The notes: generated by a model not told the origin, from the sequence alone. 64,000 bases of DNA from Sphyrna mokarran (GCA_024679065.1 JAGIQG010000019.1:49290001-49354000), one strand, 5' to 3'; shown: positions 24,326 through 39,035, counted from the stretch's first letter. Program-made: numbers and translations.

Positions 24326-25199
24326 TTCCCGATATCCAATATACACATCCATCCATCCCATAAATGATAAAACTTCAATCATGTGGACAGGGAGGTTGGA
24401 AGGTAGTTGGCGCCACGTTGAATGAAGATGGCAACCAGTGAAAAACACAGGAAATTTTTCACAGAGTTTTCCATCAGTTCAAGACCCAAATGTGTTGCCA
24501 CATTTAACAGGGATTCAGGGCCAGTTCAAACCTTGAGGCAGTTTTGAATTGTTGTAAACAATTTGTACATCTCCTTTGAAACAGAGTATGCTGGTGAATT
24601 AAGTAAGGAGTTAAGAGCTTGCATGTTTGAAGGAAAATAAAAGCTGTTCCGCAGTAAGGATATCACTCTCAAACACAGGGTGGGATTGGTGGGTGTGGGG
24701 CTGAGAGAGCACAATGCATGGGAAGTGAACAGGGTGGACTCCAAGACTAGTGCAACAAAAGTTTGGATCATGAAACTTTACTTCAGTCCAAAATAACCCC
24801 TTTAGATGTAATCTGGCTTGTAGAATAAGAAGTGTTTTACGGAATAAAACACAAAGTTAAGATCATTATGTTAAATATTTGCAGAATAAAATTAAGTAAT
24901 TGGAATTTATGGAACTCTGACTTTAATTTGAGTTATGAGATGCTTGATGCGTTGTCTTTCCACAGAGCTATGTCACATTAGAGATGTTTGCAATTTAAAC
25001 ATTTCATAAAAACCAGCAAGAGATGCTGTTTCAAAGTCCATTCTGATGACATTGAATAAACTAATCATACATTCTGACCAGTAAACACATCCAGAAGTGA
25101 CCAGGATAGTAATAAACTATCACTTTATAAAACATGGTAATATCTGAATGTAAAATCACATCCATCTGAGGCTGTGGCTCAGTAAGTCAATAGAACTGT

Positions 25200-25495
25200 G
25201 GGTGGCACAGTGCCACAGTGGTTAGCACTGCTGCCTCACAGCGCCAGGGACCCGGGTTCAATTCTAGCCTCGGGTCACTATCTGGGCGGAGTTCTGCCCG
25301 TGTCTACGTAGGTTTCCTCTGGGTGCTCAGGTTTCCTCCCACAGTCCAAAAGACATTCTGGTCAAGTGCATTGGCCTTTCTAACTTGCCCCTTAGTGTCA
25401 CGGGGGCTAACAGGGTAAATCTGAGGGATTATGGGATAGGGTGGAATTGTTGTCAGTACAGGCTCGATGGGTCAAATGGTCACTGTAGGGATTCA
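25200..25495 (+). mobile_element. HE1 SINE
   Basis: Consensus match. Confidence 0.85.
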
Positions 25496-26474
25496 AAGAT
25501 CCAATGATTCTAATTCGTTCTCTGCCCTCTCTGGAGATAAGCATAAGTGACTGCTCTGAATGAAGTAACAATTCCTGGATAGTGGAAGGCACCATATTCA
25601 GAGCTGACAATCCCTCCATGGTTGTAATCAGTGATCTCACACTGAAAGCTCGCTCAACTGAGAAAGATGCACAGTTTTCTTAGCAAGTTTATTTGTTTGC
25701 AGCAACATTCATCAAGGTTAAACACGCTTTTTCTTCATACTCTTAAAACTTGAGCACAGCCATGAATGAAGTTATTTTCTCTTTCAAGCTAATAAGTAAT
25801 AACAAACATAACACGAGAGAAACATTGCTGTAATTAAACCTAAAAACATTCCTACAGTCAGACCCCAGTGCCTGGGAATCAGAAACATGGTTTCCCTTAT
25901 TTGGATAAAGCTTTGCGTGTTCTGAGTGCAAGGGGCCACTGCCTTCATCTTAAAGTGTCCTTAGGGATAACATCAGGAAAAGCTGTCTGTTATTCCGTGA
26001 GTAAACGGCAATCTTGAATTGAATTTACATCATAGAATGATTAGTTTATGAATAAATGCAAGTTTGTTTCACATTGGAGGGGCTACTCCTATAAAACTTT
26101 TTTATTAATGGAATATATCTTTCTCGGTTACATGGGCTACCAGATGTTTGGAGTTTCCGGTGATCTGGGAAGCTTTAGAAGCAGAATGTTGACATGTTGT
26201 CGCACTGATGGATCTTGCAATCACCAGGAGGTTTGTTTGATGTGAACTTCCCTACTCTTTCCAAATACACTGCCCAGCAACAAAGTAAAGGCTCAATCTG
26301 TCAGCGGCAGACCTCAAATTCTCGCTCCACAAATGATAACTGAAGCTCATACTACAATTTGGCTTTCTTTGTTATCAGTAGTTTTCAGTCCGATGATAAT
26401 ATCAATTTAATGGTTACTTGCCGTTACAATGCACAGTCTAATTGCAGTAAATTGGGCATGAACATGCAAATGTC

Positions 26475-26680
26475 CGCACGCACGCATACACAAAAACACC
26501 ATGCACACATGTGCATACATGGATGCATATACTCAAACTCAAATGCACATACACACATTTATGTATGCTTGCACATATTCAAATTCAAACACACGCACCT
26601 GCACAAACATACACTCGCGCACACACACACATGCATATACTCAAATTCACACACGCACACACATACACGCATGCACACAC
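26475..26680. repeat. Degenerate (CA)n-rich microsatellite
   Basis: CA/CG/TA alternation with recurring atgcatatactcaaa. Confidence 0.85.
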
Positions 26681-28825
26681 AAAGCCACTGTAAAGAGATA
26701 GCAATGTTTCCTATTTAATTTCCATTGCAAAATGAAGGGTGAGACTGGGTGGCTCTTCGTCAACCAGCAGGAACACACTGGGCCAAATGGCCTCGTTCAG
26801 TGCTGCAAATTTCCAATGATTGTCATGGTTTCTACAACACGGCCATGTGACGGTGGCACTCAGCAGAATGTTACAGAACATTCTGAAGTACATCATCAAT
26901 GTTTACAGCAAAACGCTGTTTCAAAGTGAATCTGGTGTTATCAGGCTAAAGCTCTGATTGCTTATTTTAAAATAAATTAAATCTTTTCAGGCATATCAAA
27001 ACCGCTTGAGTGAATAAATGCAGTTACATTAAATATCTTTCAGCTAATGAAGCATTCTGTTCATCCATAAAACAGGAGTTTCGCTTCCTCTGTTGGTGCC
27101 CTCCCGGGGCTGAGCGTAGGCAGGGTGGAGGCAACGATACTGCTTTCGCTGCCTGTGGAACTCCCCACCTCATCCTCTGGCTGCCTGGCGAGTGGTTATT
27201 TGTCACTGGAAGAGGTGTTGGTGGTCAAGTTGAGGACTGAAACAAAACCTCTGCCCTGTTTACCTTGGCGTCACCTCTGACGGAGCCCCCATCGACCCAC
27301 AGCACCTCGTCAAGACCCCAAACAAGATTAACACCCACAATCACCACCTGGTTGATACCTCATTGGAATCACAGACCACAGCTCTAAGCATCTCTGCTCT
27401 TGCTGTCACATACTCAGTTGCCCAATGCGGTACCCCAGTACGGTACCAATCCTTCTGCACTGTAGGAATGCTATGATTCTGAAAAAAGGAGACACTGCAC
27501 AGGGTCAGTGCATTGTCCTGCACCGCGTGGAGTCAGTGCATCATCCCGCACTGTGTGGGATCAGTGCATCATCCCACAGTCCATGGGGTCAGTACGCCAG
27601 GAATGGATGACCCCGTTGGTGTGAAGGGCTGGAAAATTCCAGCCAATAATTCAAAGTCAGATTTTTCTCCCAGAATGTTGAAACTTCCCATAATAACGAG
27701 AGGCAAATTGGGAACACTCAGCTGAAAATGATTTAGATTATTTGAATGCAGGAACTTTAAATTGTAAGCACAAGAACATCTATCACTTAACCTGGCCATT
27801 CGGCATCGAATCATTGCAATAAGCAATGCACATTGATACAATCAAACAAACAGGATATCCAGTGGCGAACGTGGAGATTCTCTTGGTCTTTATTATTCAC
27901 AAGAATAATGTGAGGATAAATGTGTTAAACCTTCCCAGCAGATCTAATAGTTTTTCAATCTGCTCTGCAGCAAAGAAGGTGATGAGAGAACAGCGTTGTT
28001 GCACCTCTGAGGAATGCAGGCCTTAACAGTTCCGTCCCTGCTGGAAATCCCCAACCTTCAGTCACATCGACAGAAATATTGCGCACTGCAGCCATCGATG
28101 TCAAAACCCATCCAGGAGGATTAATGCAGCCCCCGGGGGGGGAAGCAAAAATCCAATTTGTCCAGCTGTGGACAGCGAGGAAAACAATCCCAAACCTGGC
28201 GGCAAGGATTTGCCGAGCTGTGGTTTGTCTACTTTGGGGATTTGCAGGAACAGGGTGTGTTTGTTACTTTGCAACAAAGAATAAAATTATTATTTCGCCT
28301 CACTTCTCTTTGGCAGTGCTTCAAAAGCTGCCTCGGTGATGTGGGCTGCACTATTGCATTCGATGGGAATGAGGGAAAATAAGAGGATTTACTGAGGTTA
28401 CTTTAAAACGAAATGGATCGAGCACTTTCTATAAAAATACCAGAATTCCTTCATTCACTTCCTCAGAAAATGGCAAACGTTCCTCTCAAACTCTGAGCTG
28501 CAAAGTCCATCACTCAGAGGAAGAATGTGAAGTTTACCTTTGCTTTTTCATTCTGATAGACAGTCACAGCGCTACACGATAAAAAGCAGTCACTTGTTTA
28601 GCATCTTGATTCCTTTTGTGGTGCGTGCACTTACAGTAAAACACAGCAGTGTCTTGACAAGGCATCAATTTCTATGGATATCTACCAAGACAAAGCAAGT
28701 CCACTGAGAAACTCTATCACACAGTCGAATCACAGAACGTTACAGAACACAGGCTACCCCGCTGGCTCCTAGAAACTGCAGTCACGCTCAGAAAGAAACA
28801 CCTTCCCTGCTCTTCTTCAAAAAGT

Positions 28826-29102
28826 GGCACGGTGGCACAGTGGTTAGAACTGCTGCCTCACAGCACCAGGGACCCAGGATCAATTCCCAGCTTGGATCAT
28901 TGTCTATGTGGAGTCTGTACATTCTCCTCATGTCTACGTGGGTTTTCCCCGGGTGCTCCGGTTTCCTCCCATAGTCCAAAAGACATGCTAAATTCTCCCT
29001 CAGTGTACCCGGACAGGTGCTGGAGCGTGGCAACTAGGGATTTTCACAGTGTCTTCATTGCAGTGTTAATGTAAGCCTACTTATGACACTAATAAATAAA
29101 CT
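28826..29102 (+). mobile_element. HE1-head SINE, B tail
   Basis: Matches 1553-1825. Confidence 0.85.
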
Positions 29103-31944
29103 TAAAAAAAATTTGCCACAGGATCATTCCCGAGGTAGGACCTTCCAAACCCACAATCTCTAGAAAGACAAGGACAGCAGATATCCGGGAACTATCTGGA
29201 AGTTGCCCTCCAATCCACTCAATGTCCTGACTAGGAAAATATATCGCCATTCCTTCACCATCGCTGGGTTCAAAATCCCAGAAGTCCCTGTCTAACAGCA
29301 CTGTTTGTGTATATCTACACCATATGGACTGTGGCAGCTCACCACTACCTTCTCAAGGACAATTAGGGATGGGCAATAAATGCTGACCTCGCCAGGACGA
29401 TCCACATCCCGTAAAAATACACCTTAAAGAACAGAAAGGGCCAGCATTTATTGCCCAACCTTGAGGGCATTTGAGAGTCAACTGCATTGCTGTGGCTCTG
29501 GAGTCACATGTAGGTCAGACCAAGTAAGAAAGGCAGATTTCCTTCCCTAAATGACATTGTCAGAAAAACCCATCTGGTTCACCAATCAACAATGATTTCA
29601 TGGTCATCAGTAGATTCTTAACACCATATTTTTTTTAAACAGAATTCAAATTTCACCGTCTCCCAGAGGCAGGATTCGAACCCAGGTCCCCAGAATGTTA
29701 CCCTAGGTCTATGGATTAGCAGTCCAGTGATAATTCCACTATACCGCTGCCTCCCCCTTATGAAGCTTGTGAAGAAATGCTACCTCTGTATGAATCAGGA
29801 GCTTTGAGAAAGCGGCAGTGATACAGCACAATGGCAACAGGGAAAATCAAACACCAAAGGTAAACAAACCATTTATCTGAATTATTTCTGAAAAATAGAT
29901 TAAATTGAGCCAGCAGCTGGTTGTCAAGGAGTTTGCTGTTACCTGACCTTAATGAAAAAAAGGAAAGCTTCTTAAATTCTCAGTAGCAGCATCTGTCAAA
30001 TGTCCAGTGAAGAACGGAGGTGAGTTCTATTTTTAGCATCGCTGTTTATTCATCCAGTAAATTACTCATGTTTTTCTTTTAGCTAAATATTTGCAAGATA
30101 ATCCATTTCATAATCCTGGGGGAAAAGCAGCAGGTGGGATTTTCCTGGCCCCGGGTTGGGAGACAAAGAGATTGAGAAAATAGCGGAAGCTGTGTTGAGA
30201 AAGCTTCATGATGATTAAGCCCGGATGCCCCCCCCCCACCCCGCACCCTACTCCCCCCACCTCCCCACCCCCCACCACATAAGAGAGAGATTGCCATCGT
30301 CAAGGCACTGGCCTCCTTGCGATTATCCAGGGAGCCCTCACATAGCTACAAGGTGGAAGATCCATGTTCCAAATAGGGGGCTGAAGGTAGGGCACATTAC
30401 CCTCAATGGGTCATCCAGAGCAGCCAGCTTGCTCAGGCCTCGGGAGCCTGTGTGTGTTGACGTGCCCTCTCCCAGTCCGACCTGCCTCATCAGCATCCAC
30501 CTCTGACAGTGTGCAACCGAGAATTCAGATGCCATCCTTCTGTTTGGTTGCATCATAAGCCTTCCCACTGTCCTTAAATTGCTCCGCCAGTCAGCGAGGA
30601 AGGCCTGAGAAGTCCCTATTTTGTTCCAAAGTCGAAGAGGCGGACAATGGGAAGGTCCACTGACCTCAGATGGGATTTTACCATTTCAGGATGAGCGAGG
30701 CGGTAAAATGCCCAGCTAGCATGAAAATAGAAGAGTTGAGATCTGGTTTTTGGACACGTTTTTACTCCCAGTCTTATGAACAAAGTGCTTGAAAAAATGG
30801 GTTAGACTGTTTCTAACTATTAGAGGCAGGGGGTGGGCCTAAATTGACTAACCAATCTGATTGGGTAACAGAGAGAGCTATTGCGCATGAACAGACTCTG
30901 TGGTTCCTCTCCACCCCTCCCCAGGGCTCATGGCCAATCTGATCTTCAGCAACTGTCCACCCAAGGGGTCAGGTTGCTATGGCAACGTGCACTTCTACAC
31001 ACATATTTTAGCCTCAAACTCAGTTTAGCAATGGTGGAGACTCCAATGGCTGATCAGGAATCTCTCCCACTTTTACTAGCAGCCATTGGCATGTTTGGAA
31101 GCATTTCCAGATTGGCATACAACCTCTTTGATTGCATAATCAATGCAGGTCCCTTGGCATCAGGGTCTGGGATGGGACTTGAACCCAGAGCTTCTGGTTC
31201 AGAGGCAGGGACACTACCCACAGCACCACAGGATCCCCTGATCTCCTACCCTGCATTCACTGAAGGCAACTGCTACAGCCTTCCATTCCTTTCTCCCTCA
31301 CGTGTCTATCTCTCTTGCCCTGAACTGTATCTATGTTTATCTAAACTTTAAGTACATTAAATCCTCATCAACAAAAGGAAATAAGCAACTGTATCCCTCT
31401 GGGTTTACTGTAATAAATAAATGATTATCACTGAGTAACATCAGACCAGAAACTAAGGCACTTAACAGCAATTAAATATGTCTAATCACAAAACTCAATC
31501 TCCATCAACAAGTGAGCCTTTTCATTCTGAAGTGTGCACTTTACAACCAGCTTCATCTCTGTCTGTGAAAATTAACTTGACTCAGTCCCACAGCAGATCG
31601 TTGGCACTCACCCCATCAAAGGAGTTATTTCCTTTAACACTTCAATATTGGCTAAAAGAATCTGCAGCTCTCAGGAGATAGGGAATTAAGTTGGCTTGAG
31701 CAATATTTCCTCATCGCCTGTTACTTTTAAAATTGTAGTAACTTGCTCCTCAAAGAGCATGAGATTAGTGTTCTATCAATAGCAGAGTTTAATTCAACCT
31801 TTGAAGCTTTGCAAAATCCCTCTGAAAACAGGGTGAATTGAAATGCTGTGTATGGAAGAGAGATTCAGGTGCAAGAGATCACCGTTTTGAAATATTATTG
31901 GCATGACTTAAACTCTCTCTTTGCAACACAGTCTGTGTTGACAC

Positions 31945-32205
31945 TACGGTGGCATGGTGGTTGGCATTGCTGCTTCACAGCACCAGGAACCCAGGTTCAA
32001 TTCCTGGCTTGGGTCAATGTCTGTGTGGAGCTTGCATGTTCTCCCCGTGCCTGTGTGGGTTCCCTCTGGGTATTCTGGTTTCCTCCCACAGTCTAAGGGA
32101 CATGCTGGTTAGCGCGTTGATCCAAACAGGTGCTGGAATGTGGCAACGAGGGGAATTTCATTGCAGTGTTAATGTATGCCCTACTTATGACCAATAAATT
32201 AACTT
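31945..32205 (+). mobile_element. HE1-head SINE, B tail
   Basis: Matches 1553-1825. Confidence 0.8.
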
Positions 32206-32852
32206 TATTGCCTGCTCGTGTTCCTTCCACCTGGTTATATGGCACTGGTAAGGAAACCATTCTCTGGCCATTCACACCAGCTCCGGTCCTGCTGCAGCGA
32301 ACGGAGGTTTGGCTGAGTGCCAAATTCCCCATCCCCTCCGGCAGCGGCAGCTGGGCATGAACGGCCAGAGAATTCCAGCCTATGCACTTGTGAGGCGAAA
32401 AACCTGCTGCAAGTATAACATGTCGCCACAGGCCGGAGGTAGGCGGATGGACAGACACTCAGGTTATATTATTGCCAATTATTTTGAATCTGTGCTCTCC
32501 CAGTTTTTGATGCTCAAGTGGGATCACCTTCTCATTATTTATCCTGTCCATACTCTTCAGGACCTTGATTATCTTTATCATATTTCCTTTCAGCGTTTTT
32601 TCTATGGATAACAGGCCCACCCTCTCCAATCTATCCTCATACATGGTTCTGGCCTTGTGTGAACACACCCCCTTCAGTCAACAAGTGGGACAAGAATCCA
32701 GAGTTTCTGAGTCAGAGGCAGGGACACTACCCATTGCACCACAAGAGTTCTTCAGCAGTTTAAGCTGAACGCAAAATAACTTCAAACTTCAATATCAGAA
32801 ATACACATGGCGTGTGTCTAAGAAATAAAACAAAGAAAAATAGGAACTATAG

Positions 32853-33341
32853 GAAGGATGTGGAAGCTATTGAGAGGGTGCAGAGAGTGCAAGGATGTTG
32901 CCTGGATTGGGGGGCATGCCTTATGAAGATAGATTGAGGGAGCTGGGTCTCTTCTCCCTGGAGAGACGAAGGTTGAGAGGCGACCTGATAGAGGTTTATA
33001 AGATGTTGAGAGGAACAGATAGGGTGGATTCTCAGAGGCTATTTCCCAGGGCTGAAATGGTCGCTTCAAGAGGACACAGGTTTAAGGTGCTGGGGGGCAA
33101 CTATAAAGGAGATGTTAGAGGTAAGTTTTTCCACTCAGAGGGTGGTGAGTGAATGGAAATTGGCTGCCGTCAGTGGTGGTAGAGGCGAACTCGCTGGAGT
33201 CTTTTAAGAGACTTCTGGAGGAGTACATGGGATTTAATAGGATTGGGAGTTACAGATAGTTATATTGCCTGGTAAGTATAGATATGTTTGGCACAACTTG
33301 TGGGCCGAAGGGCCTGTTTGTGCTGTAGTGTTCTATGTTCT
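32853..33341 (+). mobile_element. CR1 LINE 3' fragment
   Basis: MLPGLGGMPYEDRLRELGLFSLERRRLRGDLIEVYKMLRG...SRGHRFKV. Confidence 0.92.
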
Positions 33342-33565
33342 AAGAACAAAGAAAATTACAGCACAGAAATAGGCCCTTCAGTCCTCCAAGCCTGTGATCT
33401 AATGATGGCTTAATTAAATGGAAGAAAAACCTTCTGCCCTTACTCAGTCTGCATCGCTCTATTCCCTCCCTATTCATGTATCCATCCAAATGCCTCCTAA
33501 ATGTTACTAGTGGGCCTGTTTCCACCTCCTCCCCTGGCAGCGTGTTCCAGGCACCCAGCACTCAC
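33342..33565 (-). mobile_element. CR1 3' end, tail-to-tail with the previous copy
   Basis: GAWNTLPGEEVET...FRRHLDGYMNREG. Confidence 0.85.
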
Positions 33566-34199
33566 ACCGTGAGAAACACGGGATTCAATACAATTCAACT
33601 GAAACTCAAATCTCAACTTGTGCTCCTTGAAGAGGAATTTGCAAAGTTTCTTTTCCTTGTAAATACGCCCTGTAGTCATTCTGTTAGTCTGGCTAGAGAC
33701 AATTTATAAAAATAAATCTGTCTTTCTCAGTCTCTGCCAGTTCTTGTCCAATGAGTTCCGAGCACTTCCTCTTCATCCCATCAGCCTGTAACCTGAGCAG
33801 AGGTCAGCGCGTTACACTCAGCCTGTATTACTTCCTCCTTCCTCGCACCAGTCACGTTCCTGAAGCCAATGATCTGAAACTCTGCAGTGCCGAACTCAGG
33901 CACTCACACTTCACTGCCACCCGTTCAGGCGAGTACCAATGAGCCTACAGAGAATGGATTTCTGATGAATATCTTGAACACGCAACAGCAAAAAAAATAA
34001 TCAATGGGAAGAATCTTAACTAATCTGTAACCCATCATCATCATAGAACTTGTACAAGTTGCTGTACTGGTTTGAAACCAAACTGGAAGTTAAAAAAAAA
34101 GTCCAAGAGATTCATGAAAAGGACTCAGAATCGGTGTGGCTGGCGACAGGGAAGGGAATCCAAATTTCAACACATCTGTCAGAATTCTGCTTCAACATA

Positions 34200-34575
34200 T
34201 CTGAGTCAGAAAGTTGTAAGTTCAAGACCTGCACCAGAGACTTGATTGCAGCAAAAAAAGCTAATGTAGCGCTGTGAGGTGTGGTCATTCAGATATCCTG
34301 TCAAATCAAAATACATCTGCCCCTTCAGGTGGAAGGCAGAGATTCTTTGAAGGAGAGCAGGGTAGAGGGGGATTTATCCCTGTTGTCCTGGCCAATATTT
34401 GTCCCTCAGTCAACATCACAGAAACAGGTGATCTCCTTATTTAGACCATGCTGTTAGTGGGATCTTACAGTGCACATATTGCCTGTTGTGCTTCCTGCTT
34501 TCCAACAATGGTTCAAGTTCATTGGCTGGAAGGACATCCTGGAGTCAGGAAAGGTTATATATAAATGCAAGTTTT
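34200..34575 (+). mobile_element. Deu-domain SINE (SacSINE1-like)
   Basis: gtcctggccaatatttgtccctcagtcaacatcac ... ttcattggctg ... tatataaatgcaagt resemble the recalled DeuSINE core and tail; related copies at 56895-57120(-) and 63185-63850(-). Confidence 0.65.
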
Positions 34576-35489
34576 ATTTCACAGCACACTGAATGGCAGA
34601 CGCAGCAAGGATTTATTCAGTGAATTGGAAGCAATGGGTGGAATTTTCCCATCCTGCCCCCCATGTAGTGGTCGGGACACAGACCACGCAAAGGTCCGGA
34701 GACCTCAGGTGGGATCTTCCCGCAATGGAGAGTGAGGACGGAAAATCCTGGCCATGTTTTCAGAGTAAAAAAATGCACATAATCTAACTCTGTGACACAT
34801 TGGCCATGCCATGTTTTTGCAATTCATCATCTTAACTCATTCAGCATCAGACAGAGGCGCTTGCAAACAGCAAAACTCGGCCTCAGCGTTCCATAGTTTA
34901 AATTATTCCCCGGAGCACAAACAAAACAAACTTCCCAGAGCTATCGCATGGGAACAGGTTCTTGATCATTTCCTTTGTAGCAAAATAATTAATTTTCAAG
35001 AAGTTTAAAAGGCTACTCCCCCGCCATCCCCCCGCCTGCCAATAATTGCACTGTTGGGCATTTTCCCCAAATGATACATCGAGGGTGCTGGACAGGAAGG
35101 GGGTCTATGTGTGACATGTGTCACCAGCCTGGCTGATGGACGCTAAGCGTGGGAAGCAGCTGGACTTTATCAGATCTGAATCTTTGGAAGTCTCTGGTCG
35201 TGAGCAGGACTATGGAGACCACCTCAATAGCAAAAGAGGACATACAGCCAAGATAATGAGGTACAGAACAGCCCAGTGCTGGCTCTTGCTCAAATCGAGA
35301 ATAACGCAACTAGTTTTGCTTCACTCACATGGTCAAATGGGAATTCTAAACCTGGGGAAGGTTTTCTGCATCGGAACATAGATTAAAATCTTCAGTTCTG
35401 CTAGAAAAAGAATGGACTGCAACAGGTTCGATTCAGGTCTTCAAACTTATAAAAATATTCAACTTAGAACTTGTCTAATATGAATAAGT

Positions 35490-36290
35490 TGTTTTTTGTT
35501 TATTTATTAATTCATGAGACACAGCTGGCTGGCCAGTACTTATTGCCCATCCTCAGTTGCCATTGAGAAGGTGACGGTGAGCTGTCTTCTTCAAACCTGT
35601 ACTCGCTGAGGTGTAAGTAATCCCACAATGCCCTTAGGGAAGGAGTTCCAAGATTTTGACCCAGTCACAGTGAAGGAACGACCGATATATTTCCAAGTCA
35701 GGATGAAGAATGACTTAGACAGGAACCTCTGGGTGGTGGTGGCTGTTCTTGTCTTTCTAGATGGTAGCAGTCATGGGCTTGGAAGATGCTGCCTTAGGAA
35801 TGGTGTAGACCCAATGGGCCGAAGGGCCTCTTTCTGCACTGTAGGGTTCTATGATTCTAAAATGTTGAGCCTCGGTGACTTCCTGAAGTGCATCTTGCAC
35901 TTGGTACACATTGTTCATCAGTGGTGGAGGGATTGAATAATTGTGGAAAGGGAAACAATCAAGCCAGCTGCTTTGTCCTGGATGGTGTCAAGCTGCTTTA
36001 GTGTTGTTGGAGCTGCATGCATCCAGGCAAGTAGGCAGTATTCTGTCATATTCCAGTCTTGTGTCTTGCAGATGGTGAATAGGCTTTGAGGAGTCAAGAG
36101 GTGAGTTGCTCGCCACAGGATTCCCAGCCTCTGACCTGTTCTTGTAGCCACAGTATTTATTTGGCCAGTCTAGTTCAATTTCTGGTCAAGGGTAACCCCT
36201 TGACAGTGGGAGATTCAGCGACAATATTATCATTGAATGTCAAGCAGCGATTGCTAAGATTCTCTCTTGTTGGAGATAACTGTTTCTTGC
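35490..36290 (-). mobile_element. Non-LTR retrotransposon (CR1/L2 superclade) ORF2 C-terminus and 3' UTR
   Basis: GQRLGILWRATHLLTPQSLFTICKTQ...EYCLLAWMHAAPTTLKQLDTIQDKAAGLI; its tail (gatgggcaataa) is shared with the second SINE family. Confidence 0.75.
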
Positions 36291-37239
36291 AAATGTTATA
36301 AAAATGGGAGAAAGAGGTGTGTGTGGGGGGGGGGGAGACTGGAGAAGATAGCGGATATGAGAGTGATGGAGTGTAGAAATCTCAGCGGAAAGGATACGGC
36401 AGGCCTTAGAAGCCATTTACCCTTCTCCTCTGTTTATTTTTAAATGCTTGCCAGTGCACAAAGTATAAAACGTACCATTCCACTTACCATCACACTTTAC
36501 TGCCTTGTATTAACATTCACTCTGATTTAAATAGTTCTCACTTCCTTTCACACGACCTGAGTCACGCAGTTTTAAATATTTGGGGTTTTGTGACATGTTT
36601 TTGATGAATGGAACAATTTGCAAATTAAATCTTTGGCTGGCACCAGCAGAACAGTTTCACTTTATAAACTGGGAGCACATTTCAGATGGAACGTTCTGTC
36701 TGATAAAGGTGACTTGCTTCTTACGACAGATTTATGAAATTTTCTACAATTGAGGACACAAATTAGGGCCCCGTCCCCCGGGCTGCAATTTATTCAGAAC
36801 CCACTCTCGGTAAAGGATTCTAATCCCATTTTCCAGAACTTCATCCATTGCCTTGTGTACCTTGACATGGCAAGTACACACCTAAATACTTCTTAAATGT
36901 TATAATCACATTGGCTCCTCCCTGTCTTGTTGAAGAGCGGGGAAGGGATGAATGGTGTGGTTGTGTAAAGCTTATGTTACTGGTTTCACCCAGAATGCTG
37001 GGCTTTGGAAAGAGACTAAGGAGAGAGTTCAAAGCCCAACATGGCAACAGGGGAAATTAAATTCAGTTAACTGAATAAAAATCTAATATCAGAGATGGGG
37101 ACTATCCGATTATCAGAAAATTCAACTGGTTCATTAATATCCTTCAAAGTAGGAAATCAGCCATTCTCACCTGGTCTGAGCCTAAACGTGACTCCAGGCC
37201 CATATCAATGTCATTGACTCTAACTGCCCTCTGAAATGG

Positions 37240-37558
37240 GCAGCATGGTGGCACAGTGGTTGGCATTGCTGCCTCACAGTGCCAAGGACCTGGATTCAAT
37301 TCTGGCCACTGTCTGTGTGAGGTCTGCATGTTCTCCCTGTGTCTGCATGGGTTTTCTCTGGATGCTCCAGTTTCCTCACACAGTCCAAAGATGTGTGGGA
37401 TAGGTTGATTAGCTAGGGTAAATTGTCCATTAGTGCCGAGGGATTAGCACGGTAAATATGTGGGGTTATGGGAATAGGGTCTGTGGGGGGGGGATTGTCA
37501 TCAGTGCAGATTCGATGGGCCAAATGGCCTCTTTCTGCATTGCAGGGATTCTATGATT
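37240..37558 (+). mobile_element. HE1 SINE nested in a second-family SINE
   Basis: Host sequence gaaatgg appears on both sides (37233-37239 and 37560-37566). Confidence 0.85.
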
Positions 37559-38367
37559 AGAAATGGCCTAGTGAACCATTCAGTTGTACTGGAAAGGCGA
37601 GAATTTTGAACGTCACCAGCAATGCCTCCTATGAATGAACAAAGATTGCACCCACATAGAATCACTTCAAGACTTTAATACCATCTGCTCCTTGAGGAGA
37701 AGGTAGTGATGGTGGCAGGTGACCTTTCACCCATCAGAGAACTAAATTAATTTGAATAAATACCTGAACCGTCATTTTAATGATGTGAGCTACAGGGCTT
37801 TGGGCCTGGAGCAGGAATATGGGATTAGAAAGATCACCTGGGTAGCTTTGGTTCAGCTTTAACAAGATGGGCCGAATGACCTCCTCCTGTGTTGTATCGT
37901 TTCTACTATTCTATGGAATTTAAATTCCGTGATGAGATTTGAACCCAGGTCCCTAAAATATTAGCGTGGGCCTCTGGACAGTGAAATTACCACCAAGCCA
38001 CCATCCCACCCAATATGTATCTGTACCCCTTCCTACATTCACACAATCTGTGCTGGATAAAATGTTTTGAGGATGGGATGGTGGCATAGAATCCCTGCTT
38101 AAAGGAACGGCTGATAGTGCTTGCCAAAGTGTGTGTGTGGCACAAGGACTGGCAATGTGTCTATCAGCGGTTCAACTCAATCCTGGCAAATTGGAGGTCC
38201 AGCTATGTACTACCCTAGAATGCTTGGAATTGTCTGGCAAAACTCTGGTGGAAAATTGGCACTAATCCTAAAGTCATAGAGGTTTACAGCATGGAAACAG
38301 GCCCTTCAGCCCAACTTGTCCATGCTGCCCTCTGTGCCAATTTTATCCACGTAACTGTCTAAATGAC

Positions 38368-39035
38368 TTGATTTATTATTGTCACTTATATTATATACAG
38401 TGAAAAGTATTGTCTCTTGGGCATTATACAGACAAAGCATACTGTTCATAGAGAAGGAAAGGAGAGAGTGAAGAATGTAGTGTTACAATCATAGCTCAGA
38501 TGTAGAGAAAGATCAACTTAATGCGAGTTAGCTCCATTCAAAAGTCTGACGGCAGCAGGGAAGAAGCTGTTCTTCAGTTGCTTGGTGTGTGATCTCAAGC
38601 TTTTGTATCTTTTTTCTGCCGAAAGAAGGTGGAAGAGAGAATGTCCGGGATGTGTGTGGTCCTTAATTATGCTGGTTGCTTTGCTGAGGCAGCAGTAAGT
38701 GTTGACAGAGTCAATGGATGGCGAGCTGGTTTGTGTGATAGATTGGGCTACATTCACAACCTTTTATAGTTTCTTGTGGTCTTGGACAGAGCAGGAGCCA
38801 ATACCAAGCTGTGATACAACCAGGAAGAATACTTCCTGTTGTGCATCTGTAAAAGTTGGTGAGAGTCGTAGCAGACATGCCAAATTTCCTTAGTCTCCTG
38901 AGAAAGTAGAGGCTTTGGTAGGCTTTCTTAACTATAGCGTCAGTATGGAGAGACCAGAACAGGTTGTTGGTCATCTGGACACCTAAAAACTTGAAGCTCT
39001 CAACCATTTCTACTTTGTCCTTATTGATGTTGACA
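38368..39035 (-). mobile_element. Rex1/Babar-like LINE 3' fragment
   Basis: VESFKFLGVQMTNNLFWSLHTDAIVKKAYQSLYFLRRLRKFGMSATTLTNFYRCT...LKNSFFPAAVRLLN. Confidence 0.88.

Noticed and set aside
25200-25272. tRNA-like sequences with A/B boxes (many copies)
   Set aside because: They are SINE heads continuing into SINE bodies, not tRNA genes.
26359-26718. His/Thr-rich ORFs
   Set aside because: Translation of a CA microsatellite.
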